A DNA stretch of 64,000 nt from Acidobacteriaceae bacterium. GTDB lineage: Bacteria; Acidobacteriota; Terriglobia; Terriglobales; Acidobacteriaceae. Numbering within the stretch: position 1 is the first letter of the stretch; each line of letters opens with the position of its first letter. Made by a program: the position numbers and the translations under genes. Shown here piece after piece: positions 20,559 to 30,629 of this stretch. The stretch is taken from NCBI GenBank assembly GCA_003138975.1, contig PLHQ01000088.1, positions 1,272-65,271 on the forward strand. Direction: 5' to 3'. Under the pieces are notes generated by a model. That model made no database searches and had not been told where the DNA came from. It saw only the letters and a program-made list of their open reading frames with translations.

Positions 20559-21518
20559 GTGAAGACCAATGGCAAACCGGCGTCTTCCTGGCGCGCAGAC
20601 GAACTTGCGGGCCCAAACGAGCCAGACACGGATCAGTTGACCCGTTTGATTGCCGCCTATGCACCTCACGACGGCAGTTTTGAGCTGCGCATCCCTGGCT
20701 TGCACGCGAATCGCTTTTCACGACCAAACAAAGAGTGTGTACACGCCCTCCGGTTGCCCTCGTTGTGCATAGCCGCCCAGGGAGCGAAGACCGTCATCGT
20801 AGGGGACGAAGTGTATGAGTACGACGCGTCGCGCATGATCGTTTTCTCCGTTGCCTTGCCCGTTGCTGCCCAGGTCACGCAAGCCAGCCATTCCGCGCCC
20901 TACCTTTCTCTCAAGCTGGACCTCGATCCGCACAAGATTGCCGAACTGGTCTTGAAGGTGTACCCGCACGGTCTGCCTCCAGTCCAAGAGAGGAGCGCGG
21001 TTTACGTCACTCCGGTTGACGCGAGCGTTGTCAACGCCGCGACGAGGTTAATGGAGTGTCTTGCGCATCCCGGAGACGCTGAACTGCTCGCTCCACTTGT
21101 GATCGATGAGATTTTGATCCGGCTACTGCGCAGCCCCATTGGTGTTCGCGTCGCTCAAATGGGCTTTGCAGAATCTAGCGTCCACCGCGTTGCCAAGGCC
21201 ATTTCCTGGCTACGAGACAACTTCTCTCAACCCATGAAGGTCGAGGACTTGGCCGGGCTGGTGCACATGAGTGTTTCCTCATTCCACGAGCACTTTAAGT
21301 CCGTCACTTCGATGAGCCCTTTGCACTATCAAAAGATGCTGCGACTGCAAGAGGCGAGGCGCCTCATGCTGTCGGCAATTATGGACGCGGGCACTGCGAG
21401 CCAGCGCGTGGGCTATCTAAGCGCTTCCCAGTTCAGCCGAGAATACAGCCGCTTCTTCGGGAGTGCGCCGACCAAAGACATCGCCAGATTGCGTCAAGAG
21501 GCAGGACTTTGGGTCTAA
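20559..21518 (+). CDS. AraC family regulator (AraC_N plus HTH)
   Basis: QGAK...[32 protein letters not shown]. Confidence 0.92.
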   Translation: MKTNGKPASSWRADELAGPNEPDTDQLTRLIAAYAPHDGSFELRIPGLHANRFSRPNKECVHALRLPSLCIAAQGAKTVIVGDEVYEYDASRMIVFSVALPVAAQVTQASHSAPYLSLKLDLDPHKIAELVLKVYPHGLPPVQERSAVYVTPVDASVVNAATRLMECLAHPGDAELLAPLVIDEILIRLLRSPIGVRVAQMGFAESSVHRVAKAISWLRDNFSQPMKVEDLAGLVHMSVSSFHEHFKSVTSMSPLHYQKMLRLQEARRLMLSAIMDAGTASQRVGYLSASQFSREYSRFFGSAPTKDIARLRQEAGLWV

Positions 21519-21568
21519 ACGTCCGGGAGTGATTGGGGAGAACAGCCGATTACATTCATTGTTTCCTC

Positions 21569-21597
21569 TTGACATTCGCTTTATATTCGCCAACAAT
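21569..21597 (+). promoter_or_regulatory. lexA promoter with an overlapping direct-repeat SOS box
   Basis: TTGACA (21569), 17 bp spacer, AACAAT (21592); ATTC-N7-ATTC at 21574-21588. Confidence 0.75.
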
Positions 21598-21603
21598 GGC
21601 GAC

Positions 21604-22224
21604 ATGGCGATCACACGCAGGCAGCGCGAAGTGTATGACTTCATCTCCCGCTTTGTGGCCGAGCATGGCTACTCTCCGTCGTTTGAGGAGATCGGCACGG
21701 GGCTCCATCTGACGTCGCTGGCAACGGTACACAAGCACATCACGAATCTCGAGAAAAAGGGATTGCTCACCCGCGACTACAACCGCAGCCGCTCGATCGA
21801 CCTGCTGCCGCCCAAGGGACGGCTGAAGCAGGCCATGAGCGTCAACACAGGCCTGGTGCTGCCGCTGCTGGGGCGCATCGCCGCCGGCCAGCCGATTGAA
21901 GCGATGCAGACCAATGAGACGATCTCGCTCGCCGACTTCGTCCGCTCGAAAGAAGTGTTCGTGCTGGAAGTGCGCGGCGATTCCATGCAGGATGAGGCCA
22001 TCCTCGACGGCGACTACGTGCTGGTGGAGAAGCTGAAGACGGCGCACAACGGCGACATTGTGGTCGCGCTGGTGGATTCAAGTGATGCCACGCTGAAGCG
22101 TTTTTATCGTGAAGGCGACAACATCCGCCTGCAGCCTTCGAACGCAACGATGATGCCGATTATCGTGCCGGCGGCTTCGGTGGAAGTGCAGGGGAGGGTG
22201 ATTGGAGTGCTGAGGAAGTACTGA
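21604..22224 (+). CDS. lexA: SOS repressor LexA
   Basis: TRRQREVYDFI...PSFEEI wHTH; AAG cleavage site; GDSM serine; TLKRF lysine. Confidence 0.97.
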   Translation: MAITRRQREVYDFISRFVAEHGYSPSFEEIGTGLHLTSLATVHKHITNLEKKGLLTRDYNRSRSIDLLPPKGRLKQAMSVNTGLVLPLLGRIAAGQPIEAMQTNETISLADFVRSKEVFVLEVRGDSMQDEAILDGDYVLVEKLKTAHNGDIVVALVDSSDATLKRFYREGDNIRLQPSNATMMPIIVPAASVEVQGRVIGVLRKY

Positions 22225-22242
22225 AAACACCAGAGACCCCTA

Positions 22243-22569
22243 TTGAAGAATCCGCTCATCCAACTCACCTCCGTCCAGGCCCGCCGAATCTGTCTGCATG
22301 CCCAGCGCCTGGACACCACCGAACCCTTCGGCTCCGGCCCGAAGGCCACGCCGGCAGCCGTGGCGCACTTGGGCTACTTGCAGATTGAGACCATCTACGT
22401 CATCGAGCGCAGCCATCACCACATCCCCTACACGCGCATCCCTACGTATCGGCGCGAGCATCTGCATCAGGCACAGAGCATCGACAAGACTGTTTTCGAG
22501 TATTGGACGCCGCCCTATCGTACGTGCCGACGGAGAGCCTGCTTGCGTGTTTTCGAAGGAAATATCTGA
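22243..22569 (+). pseudogene. Truncated YcaQ/AlkZ-family (HTH_42) DNA glycosylase
   Basis: ARRICLHAQRL...LGYLQIETIYVIERSHH...VFEYW matches the N-terminus of the ~400-aa family; stops after ~108 codons. Confidence 0.7.
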
Positions 22570-22649
22570 AAAAATAAAACGCACGCGACCCGGAAGAGTC
22601 AGCGTGCGTTTTGAAGCTTTAGGCCTGAAGCCAGCAGCTAAAAGCTGCC

Positions 22650-22982
22650 TTATCCTACGTGCTTATCAATCGCTTGCGCGATGGCGTCTTTCGGGCGATA
22701 GCCGACGAGCTGTTCCACCACTTGGCCACCCTTGAAAACCAGCAGCGTGGGGATGCCGGTGACTTTGTAACGCATCGGCGTGGAGCTGTTGGCGTCGACA
22801 TCCATTTTGCCGACTTTGAGTTTGCCCTGGTAGTCCTTGGCGAGCTCATCCACGATGGGAGCGAGGGCGCGGCAGGGGCCGCACCAGGTTGCCCAAAAGT
22901 CCACCAGCACGGGTGTATCTGATTTCAAAACATCCTGGTCGAAGTTTGCATCGGTGACTTCGACAATTCCATTGCCTGCCAT
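22650..22982 (-). CDS. trxA: Thioredoxin
   Basis: VDFWATWCGPC, IPTL. Confidence 0.97.
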   Translation of the reverse strand: MAGNGIVEVTDANFDQDVLKSDTPVLVDFWATWCGPCRALAPIVDELAKDYQGKLKVGKMDVDANSSTPMRYKVTGIPTLLVFKGGQVVEQLVGYRPKDAIAQAIDKHVG

Positions 22983-23189
22983 TTTCGTTTCTCCTGGTTG
23001 TAACGTCGCGCTGTCGGCGGACGCTCCATCGAGCGGTCGTAGCCGGGCCCGGCGATCTGTATCGAATAATTGCTCGCCCTGGTTAGGGCGTATCCATTAT
23101 CGCACTTCGGTTGGATGCCTGGGTAATGGCGAAAGTCGCAAAAACGAGCGGGTACTCGTATCGTGCCCTCAAGGCGTGCGGCAGAGTGC

Positions 23190-26100
23190 CTAAAAGATGA
23201 ACTTCACCGCAGCCTGCATCAGGCGGGGAGCGGCGGCGCTGACCACCTGCCCGAACGACGAGCTGTTGATGTTGCCATTCACGGACGCCGGTCCGTAGAA
23301 CTGGGCGTGGTTGAAGACGTTGAATCCCTCGAAACGGAACTGAAGAGATTTGGATTCGGGGAGCGGCAGGTTCTTGATCAGGGCCATGTCGTAGTTGTCA
23401 ATGCCCGGGCCACAAAAGAAGCGGCGCTTGGCGTTGCCGGACTGCCCCAGCGGCTGGAGGCTGAAAAGGCTGGTATCGAAATAGGACTGGCCGTTGCGAG
23501 GATTTCGGTTCAGCCCCAGCGCGCCGGGAGTGTACTGCGGTTCGTCAACGCCATAGTTGTTCACCCCGTTCGGTTCAGTTCCCAACAAAGAATTGTCGCC
23601 GTAGTTATAAAGCGTGACCGGAAAACCGGTGCTGAAGCGGGTGATCCCGGAAGCCGCCCAGCCTTTCGTCCAGCGGTTGGAGATAGCGAAAATATGATCG
23701 AGAGGAAGTTGGTAGTTATAGCTGACCACGAAATTGTGCTTCACATCAAAAGCTGACAGAGCCTTGCTCAGCGCGGGATTGAGCGGGTTGATCTCTTCTC
23801 CAAGGTTGGAAGCCTGGTCGAGAGACTTGCCGTAAGTGTAACCACCAAGAATCTCCAAGGGCCCGCCGGTATGGCGGAGCGTGACTTCCAGAGCGTTGTA
23901 GTTGGAATTGCCGATCGTGGCCTGGTTCGTATCGCTGCCAAAGTGTGGGCCGAGCGGACCGCGGGTTCCATTGATTGTCTGGTTGGAAGCTGTGATGTAG
24001 GTATTGCCTTCCAGAAACGGCCCGCAAGGGGTTTGTCCGGGGGCCAAATTCGCCGGATTCATCAGCTGCAAGCAAAGAGCGGGATCGCCAGGATTGGCTT
24101 CCACAAGCGCGAGAAGTCGATGTCCCTGGGTGCCCACGTAACTCGCGCTGAGTACGGTATTCGATGAGAGTTGGCGCTCCAGCGAAAACGTGTACTCCTC
24201 GGTGTAGGGAATGCGGTTGGTGGTGGGATAAGCCGGCAGACCGCTGATAGGCTCGTACTGCGACCAATCGATGTTGGCGTCGGGATGGCTCGCGGAGGAG
24301 TTGAGCGGAGCCAGTTGCACCGGGAAGTACTGGCTGCCCTGACCGGTGGAAGCGGAAATGAACGGCGTGGCAAACAGCGGCGGAGTAGGGCTGGTATACG
24401 TGGTGCCGTAGGGCGCGTTCGCGCTGAGGACTCCGATGGTGAGAGCTTCAATGGCGGTGTAAAACGTGCCGAAGCCGGCACGCAGGCTGGTTTGGCCAGG
24501 ACCTCCGAGCATCCTGCCGAAAACAGAATCCGAATCTGCGCTGGGAGAATAGACAAGGCCTACGCGCGGCGCGAAATCTTTGTTGCCCGGCGGCGCCAGT
24601 GTGCGTGGGACTCCGGGATCGGTTGGGAAGAGAATTCCTGCGGGCGCGGTTGGAAATACCACGGATTGTTTGCCCGGCTCCAAGGTCGCCACCTGATTGT
24701 ATTTTTCGTACCAGGGTTCGATCCGGTCCCAGCGCAAACCATAATTCAGCGTGAGATTGGGACGCAGCCGCCAACTGTCCTGCGCGTAGAGGCCAAGATA
24801 TTTGTTGCGTCCGTAAAAGGGTTGGAGCTGGCTCTGGTTGTATTGGGTGGGAGCGCCGAGCAGGAAGTCGACGAAATCCGATCCGGTCTGGCTCCCGAAG
24901 AACAGGAAACTGCCGTTGAACTGAGCGATGGCGTGAGTATTGACCTGGTCGTAATGGAATTCCCCGCCGGCCTTGATGGTGTGCGTGCCGACGACTTTGG
25001 AAAAATTGTCGAGCCACTGGAAGGTGTTGTTGCTCTGCCTCAGCTCGTTGGTGTCGGTTCCGATGGAGTAGTTGTTGAAGACGACGTTCTCCAGACCCTC
25101 AGTTTGCGGCGAGAGAGGCACGATGCCCGGAGTGTTGGGCCCGACCTGGAAACCCTGAGAGGCTAGGTTGACACCCACTCCACCCTGCGGACGCCCGAGG
25201 TCATTGGAGTCCCGCAGGTAACTGAAGCGGAATTCGTTGACCGCGGTTGCGCTCGGAGTCTTGGTGCTGCCCAGGTTGAGCAACTGAGCGCGGCCAAGAT
25301 TCACTGCGTTGAAGCCCGGAACATTTGCTCCACCCTGCGCGGTGGGGTAAGGATTGTTCTGAGTGAAGTTGTCGAGGAAATAATAAGTGGAGATGAGACC
25401 CCATGGCGTGCTGGCATCCAGGCGGGCAGCGCCTTTATTGTCATTGAGGGTCTGGTTATAGGCGGATGTGGAAAAAACATTGCCGGGCTGGTTCGGCGCG
25501 GGAATGTATTGCAACAGATGCTGCGCGGGAGCGGACCACGCGCTGTTGGGGATTTGCAGCGTAGGAAGAACACATGCCGTGGTGCTGGTGGCGGAATAGT
25601 TTGTGTTCGTGCAGCCGGAAAAATAGTATGGCTCACCCACAGAAATTTGATACCCGAGGTTCTGAGAGAGCGCAGTGGCCCAAGCGGGACCGCTTACTGT
25701 CGTAACCAGGGAACTTGCCAGGTCTGCCAAATTGCCAGAGCGATCCTGGATTGAGGGCACCGGAATCAATCCGGTGTCTACACCTTGGGTTTGGCGCGTA
25801 CCTTGATAATCAGAGTAGAAGAAAATTCTGTTTCGGGTCACTGGGCCGCCGAGAGTACCACCGAACTGATTCTGGTCAAAGGAACCACGGGAGGGGGAGA
25901 AGTAGTTACGCGCGTCGAGATTCGTGCTGCGCAGAAATTCAAAAACGTCGCCGTGAAATGCGTTGCTGCCCGACTTGGTAATGACGTTGATCTGGCCACC
26001 ACTGTATTCGCCATACTCCGCATCGAAATTGTTGGTGAGAATCCTGAACTCGGCGATGGAATCGAGATTGGGAATAATGGCCGTGCCCATGTTGACGTCT

Positions 26101-26741
26101 TCTTCCACATCGCTGCCATTCACCATGAAGCTGTTGGCGAATTCCCGTTGGCCATTGATGGAAATGTTGCCGGCGTTCAAGTCACCCGAGGGCGAGAAGG
26201 CGCTGGCACCGACATCCTGAACCGTGCTGGAGGTGATGGACGTGGCGGGGGCAACGCCGGACTGAAGCGCGAGCAGATCGGTATAGCTGCGGCCATTCAG
26301 CGGGACGCCGGTCATCATTGAACCCGCAATGACCTCACCCATCTGGGAACTGGAGGTTTCCACGTGCGCCGCGTTGTCGCTCACCGTGATGGCGTCAGTT
26401 CTCTCGCCGACCTGCAGCACAACATCCACGCGAAGCGCGCTGTTGGCGTCAAGCGCGATTCCGGTGCGGCGGTAGGCTTTGAATCCAGGGTGGTTCACTT
26501 CGAGAACATAGTCAGCAATGGGGAGGACCGGGAACGTGTAAGTACCCCGCCCATCGGTGGTAGCAGATTGCCGAGCGCCGGTACCGGTATTGACCAAACT
26601 GACGGCTGATTGAGCAATTGCGGCACCCGATGGGTCCTTGATCGTGCCCGAGATACTGCCGCCGACTCCAGCCCAACTTGTCCCTAGCAAACCTAGGAGC
26701 AGGAACAGGCGAAGCAGCGACAACCGGGGAAAACTTCGCAT
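23190..26741 (-). CDS. TonB-dependent receptor, Oar-like, with N-terminal carboxypeptidase-regulatory domain
   Basis: Signal peptide; GTIKDPSGA; PLNGRSY; TKSGSNAFHG; LNYGLRWD; FNVFNHAQF; C-terminal F. Confidence 0.93.
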   Translation of the reverse strand: MRSFPRLSLLRLFLLLGLLGTSWAGVGGSISGTIKDPSGAAIAQSAVSLVNTGTGARQSATTDGRGTYTFPVLPIADYVLEVNHPGFKAYRRTGIALDANSALRVDVVLQVGERTDAITVSDNAAHVETSSSQMGEVIAGSMMTGVPLNGRSYTDLLALQSGVAPATSITSSTVQDVGASAFSPSGDLNAGNISINGQREFANSFMVNGSDVEEDVNMGTAIIPNLDSIAEFRILTNNFDAEYGEYSGGQINVITKSGSNAFHGDVFEFLRSTNLDARNYFSPSRGSFDQNQFGGTLGGPVTRNRIFFYSDYQGTRQTQGVDTGLIPVPSIQDRSGNLADLASSLVTTVSGPAWATALSQNLGYQISVGEPYYFSGCTNTNYSATSTTACVLPTLQIPNSAWSAPAQHLLQYIPAPNQPGNVFSTSAYNQTLNDNKGAARLDASTPWGLISTYYFLDNFTQNNPYPTAQGGANVPGFNAVNLGRAQLLNLGSTKTPSATAVNEFRFSYLRDSNDLGRPQGGVGVNLASQGFQVGPNTPGIVPLSPQTEGLENVVFNNYSIGTDTNELRQSNNTFQWLDNFSKVVGTHTIKAGGEFHYDQVNTHAIAQFNGSFLFFGSQTGSDFVDFLLGAPTQYNQSQLQPFYGRNKYLGLYAQDSWRLRPNLTLNYGLRWDRIEPWYEKYNQVATLEPGKQSVVFPTAPAGILFPTDPGVPRTLAPPGNKDFAPRVGLVYSPSADSDSVFGRMLGGPGQTSLRAGFGTFYTAIEALTIGVLSANAPYGTTYTSPTPPLFATPFISASTGQGSQYFPVQLAPLNSSASHPDANIDWSQYEPISGLPAYPTTNRIPYTEEYTFSLERQLSSNTVLSASYVGTQGHRLLALVEANPGDPALCLQLMNPANLAPGQTPCGPFLEGNTYITASNQTINGTRGPLGPHFGSDTNQATIGNSNYNALEVTLRHTGGPLEILGGYTYGKSLDQASNLGEEINPLNPALSKALSAFDVKHNFVVSYNYQLPLDHIFAISNRWTKGWAASGITRFSTGFPVTLYNYGDNSLLGTEPNGVNNYGVDEPQYTPGALGLNRNPRNGQSYFDTSLFSLQPLGQSGNAKRRFFCGPGIDNYDMALIKNLPLPESKSLQFRFEGFNVFNHAQFYGPASVNGNINSSSFGQVVSAAAPRLMQAAVKFIF

Positions 26742-26748
26742 GGTATTC

Positions 26749-26920
26749 TCGCGATTCAGTTGCAAACGAGTCGCAACTATAGTTACGATCAACCTCAGGC
26801 TTTCGTGGAATTGGATTGATCGCTAGTTGCAATTCAGTCGCATCTAAGATATAAGCTTGACGGATTCGCCTATAAGCCGTCAAGAATCGGCAGAAGATTC
26901 CGTCGCAATACGCTTGCGAC
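26749..26920. promoter_or_regulatory. Cluster of Fur-family-type operators
   Basis: TYGCRA-N5-TYGCRA units at 26749-26776, 26824-26846 and 26902-26920 between the divergent receptor and Fur genes. Confidence 0.7.
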
Positions 26921-26949
26921 CAGTTGCGACAACATGAGGGACGGTTCCG

Positions 26950-27402
26950 ATGCCATTACCACAAACGGAAATGCCGGGCCGGTTGCAGGCCCACTTTGCG
27001 GAGCGCGGGATCAGGATGACCCAGCAGCGGCGGGCCATTCTGCGCGTGATGGAGACCGCGACCAAACATCTGGACGCGGCCCAGCTTTTGCGCAAGGCCC
27101 AGAAGCTGGATGCCAGCGTCGACCGCAGCACGGTGTACCGAACGCTGCAACTGCTAAAGCGCCATGGGCTGATTGACGAACTCGATCTAATGCACATCCA
27201 CGGCGAGGGTCACTACTACGAGCGGAAGCTGAATCGGGATCACATCCACATGGCGTGTTTGCGTTGCGGCAAGATCATGGAATTCGTCAGCGATATTTTC
27301 GAGAAGCTGAAGGGACAGGTGGAGAAAGACTGCCGGTTCCGGATTGTGGTGTCGCGGTTGGAAATTGGTGGTTACTGCGCGGGGTGCCGAGGAGCCAAGT
27401 AG
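26950..27402 (+). CDS. Fur family transcriptional regulator
   Basis: TQQRRAIL, STVYRTL, HIHMACLRCG, CAGC. Confidence 0.93.
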   Translation: MPLPQTEMPGRLQAHFAERGIRMTQQRRAILRVMETATKHLDAAQLLRKAQKLDASVDRSTVYRTLQLLKRHGLIDELDLMHIHGEGHYYERKLNRDHIHMACLRCGKIMEFVSDIFEKLKGQVEKDCRFRIVVSRLEIGGYCAGCRGAK

Positions 27403-27420
27403 CCGTTTGGCGAATCATTG

Positions 27421-27942
27421 ATGGAAATTCGATTTCTTAATGCAAACGACGCGAGCAGGTACTGGAAGATCCGCCTCGAAGCACTCGAATGTGAACCGGA
27501 GGCGTTCGGAGCATCAGCGGAAGAACACCGCGCATCGACTGTGGATGATGCGGCGGCGCGATTATCCTCCGATCCGGCGAACAATTTCGTTGTAGGCTCC
27601 TTTCTGGGCGAGCGGCTGGTAGGCACTGCCGGCTTCTTTCGTAACAAAGGTCTCAAGGAACGCCACAAGGGACACATCTGGGGCGTTTATGTGACGCGCG
27701 CGGCGCGGGGCAAGCGAGCCGGGCGGGATATGTTGCGAATGCTCTTGGAGCGCGCCATCAGTATTGAAGGGATTGAGCAGATCATGCTCTCGGTGGCCAC
27801 CACTCAAGATGCCGCAGCCAGCCTGTATCGGTCACTAGGATTTGAGTCCTTCGGCTGCGAGCGCCGGGCGCTGAAGCTCGGCGACCGGTATGTTGACGAG
27901 GAGAACATGGTTCTATACCTTAAACCGCTCGCATCAACATAA
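27421..27942 (+). CDS. GNAT N-acetyltransferase
   Basis: WGVYVTRAARGK, LYRSLGF. Confidence 0.9.
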   Translation: MEIRFLNANDASRYWKIRLEALECEPEAFGASAEEHRASTVDDAAARLSSDPANNFVVGSFLGERLVGTAGFFRNKGLKERHKGHIWGVYVTRAARGKRAGRDMLRMLLERAISIEGIEQIMLSVATTQDAAASLYRSLGFESFGCERRALKLGDRYVDEENMVLYLKPLAST

Positions 27943-28200
27943 CCTTGGCGATCAGAATACGTAGGACCACCCGGCAATAAAAAAGCGCCCCGGACTTTTC
28001 AGTCCAAGACGCCTCGGCAGCCCTCCCCCAGAACTGCCAAACCACTTCTGGATGGTAGGATTGGGGCTTTTTCTTGTAAACGGCACTTTGGTAATTGGCT
28101 GTCAGCGGCTCATGCTCTGCTGTTGAAAGGTGCTTATGTACGCGTGGCAAGACCACACTGGTCACAGCGCTGCGAGTAGATCTTCTCAGAGGGTGAGGAA

Positions 28201-29520
28201 TTACTGCTGCCTGTGCCAGGTTTGGCCGGCGTCGAAGGTGGTCCAGATTTCGCCGGTCGAGGTTGCAATTTTTCCATGCTGCGGATCAGAGAACTGGATG
28301 CTGGTAATGTCACCGGTAAGAACCATGCCGGCTTCAGAGGGGGCCACGAGACCCCAGCGATTGCCGCCATCCGAGCTGTGATACAAGGCGCCCCCGGAAG
28401 CGCCCGCCCAAACTTCAAGTCCACTTGCCGCCACGGCACGGAATACGGAGCTGGAACGCGACGCAGCTTCGACTTTCTGATTCTTCTCCTGAGATCTACC
28501 CCGATCAGCCGTGCCGAGGGAGGTAGACGGGGCGACATTCTCCCAAGTATGTCCTCCGTCGAAGGAACGCTGCAAGGCGCCAACAGGGGTCACGATCCAA
28601 CGCGGCGACGCGCGGAGCATAAGTGTCTGCGAGGTTTGCAGAGGCATGCTGCCGGAAACAACCGTCGCCGCAGCCGCGCGATTGGACGCGGCTTGTGCAG
28701 GCACAGGATCTTTGGCTTTGACTACGTTGAGATCGGTAAACGCCCGGCCTTGAAGCGGCAAGTCAGCCTGATTCTGAGCGAGTTGGTTCTGACCGGTCGC
28801 GGCGGTTTCTGTGTTGAGTGCTGTAGCCTCGGCCTGCACTTCAACCACCTGCGAAGCGGCGCCGACCTTAACCTGTTGGTGGATTTCGGGAGTTGGATTC
28901 CGCGGTTGACCAGGCGTAGTCGTTGGGCTTTCTGAGGCTTGCGCAAGAACTGAGTCACGGCGAGGCGAAGCTCCCTGTCCAGCTCCCGCGCCACCTGGCG
29001 GTTGAGCTAGGCGGTTGGGTTCGAGAGCAAGCTTGTGTGCGGTCAATATCGGAGGGCCCGGCGCGGCCAATTCCCTTCGCATCTCACTTTGCGGAACTGT
29101 TACCTGGCGGGAGGGCGATTGATGCAAAGCGGAAGGACCTGGCGCGGCGTCCTTTCGTAGGAAGTTCGAGGCCACGCTCCTTGCCTGGTTGCGATGCGAG
29201 TATTGCAGAACCCCGACCGACGTGACGACGAGGATTCCCGCCGCCAGGGCTGCCCAACGAAGCGTGGGCCAGGTTAGCCAGCCGATTCGAGCGGCGCTGC
29301 CGGCACCGGGCAAGGCAACTCTCTCTGTCGCCGGCAAAGCAAGTGCGACTACATCTCGACAGTCGCCACAAGCCGCAAGGTGCTCCATCACGAGGGCGCG
29401 TTCGCGCCCATCAAGAGACTGCTCCGCGAACGCCGTGAGAAGATCGGCGTCGGGATGCGATTCTGCGGTTGCCGGGCGTTCCTGCAACCGCTTGATCACG
29501 AATTTGGGGACGCTGTGCAT
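28201..29520 (-). CDS. Zinc-finger anti-sigma factor with TM helix and C-terminal YCF48/BNR-like domain
   Basis: HLAACGDC; TM helix; SFDGGHTW, SSDGGNRW, TFDAGQTW. Confidence 0.8.
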   Translation of the reverse strand: MHSVPKFVIKRLQERPATAESHPDADLLTAFAEQSLDGRERALVMEHLAACGDCRDVVALALPATERVALPGAGSAARIGWLTWPTLRWAALAAGILVVTSVGVLQYSHRNQARSVASNFLRKDAAPGPSALHQSPSRQVTVPQSEMRRELAAPGPPILTAHKLALEPNRLAQPPGGAGAGQGASPRRDSVLAQASESPTTTPGQPRNPTPEIHQQVKVGAASQVVEVQAEATALNTETAATGQNQLAQNQADLPLQGRAFTDLNVVKAKDPVPAQAASNRAAAATVVSGSMPLQTSQTLMLRASPRWIVTPVGALQRSFDGGHTWENVAPSTSLGTADRGRSQEKNQKVEAASRSSSVFRAVAASGLEVWAGASGGALYHSSDGGNRWGLVAPSEAGMVLTGDITSIQFSDPQHGKIATSTGEIWTTFDAGQTWHRQQ

Positions 29521-29569
29521 TTCGGTTTCTAAGTTTCCAACTACTAGCTTCTCGCTTTCGTTCAAGACT

Positions 29570-30502
29570 TCACTCCTGACCCTCCCGGAGTGCCTCTACC
29601 CTTGTTTCTCTCTTTCTAGGGAACGCTGGCGACGACGATTCTTGCGCCAGACTGCGACGAATATCCAATCTTAAGTCACGTACGTCAACCTCCAACGCTT
29701 CTTCGGCCTGGCGGCGAGCCATGCCCTGCTGAATCATGTTAGCCAAGATTTTCTTGCGCAATGACTTGGCCAGCTTGTCCACTTTGCGGCTGATGGTGGA
29801 CTCGTGTACCGCCAGCAGACGGGCGATTTCCGCCAGCGTCCGGCCGTCAAGAAAATACGCGGCCAGCACCATCCGTTCTTCGCTGGAGAGTGAAGCCAGG
29901 GCCGTGTTGGTGGCAGATTCCAGACGCGAGTCTGGGCATGGAACCGGCTCGATCTCGGGAGCCGCGAACTGCGAGCCCTCTTCGCCTTCTTCGTCGAGGC
30001 TGATCAGACGCCTGGTGCGGCGGTAGCGATTCACGAACTCTTGTGCAAGCACGGTGCGAAGCCAACCTTCGAGTGACCCGCGACCCGTGAAGGATGCCAG
30101 TTTGGAAACGCGCTCGCCATCGCGAGTAGTCGTGCCGTAGAGTTCGGCATAGAGTGTGTCGGCGAGATCGCGGGCGGCTGAGTCCTCGCGGGCGATGCGC
30201 AGGGCGCACTGATAAAGCTTTTCCCGGTAACGAATCAGGAAAAGTTCCCAGGCGGCATTGTGGCCCGCGGCGCAGGCTCTGGCGAGCGCGAGTTCCTCAA
30301 CTCGCAGGCTTAGCAGAAAAGTGCGTGCCTCGGCTTGAGTGGCGCCCGTGGGCAGATACTTCATGGCCACGTCAGCCAGAATTTCGGCGAAGGATTCGCA
30401 GGCGAGACCGACTTTTTCGCAGCCGCTTCTATCGTGCATCTCCGGCAGCAACTCGGAGAGTGCGGATTGCACTGGAGCGGATATTGGTTTGCCGGCGCGC
30501 AT
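29570..30502 (-). CDS. ECF RNA polymerase sigma factor with N-terminal extension
   Basis: LARACAAGHNAAWE, GSLEGWLR, EIARLLAVHESTISR. Confidence 0.88.
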   Translation of the reverse strand: MRAGKPISAPVQSALSELLPEMHDRSGCEKVGLACESFAEILADVAMKYLPTGATQAEARTFLLSLRVEELALARACAAGHNAAWELFLIRYREKLYQCALRIAREDSAARDLADTLYAELYGTTTRDGERVSKLASFTGRGSLEGWLRTVLAQEFVNRYRRTRRLISLDEEGEEGSQFAAPEIEPVPCPDSRLESATNTALASLSSEERMVLAAYFLDGRTLAEIARLLAVHESTISRKVDKLAKSLRKKILANMIQQGMARRQAEEALEVDVRDLRLDIRRSLAQESSSPAFPRKRETRVEALREGQE

Positions 30503-30629
30503 GCAGAAGATGAAGAAAGTGCGAAGAGACCTCCCTTGATCCTACTAGTTCCTTAGACGCGCGTGAGCATAATTTTGGCCGCAAGCACTGGCGACTTTTT
30601 CGCTCTTATGGCCGGTCTTGGTGCGGAAG

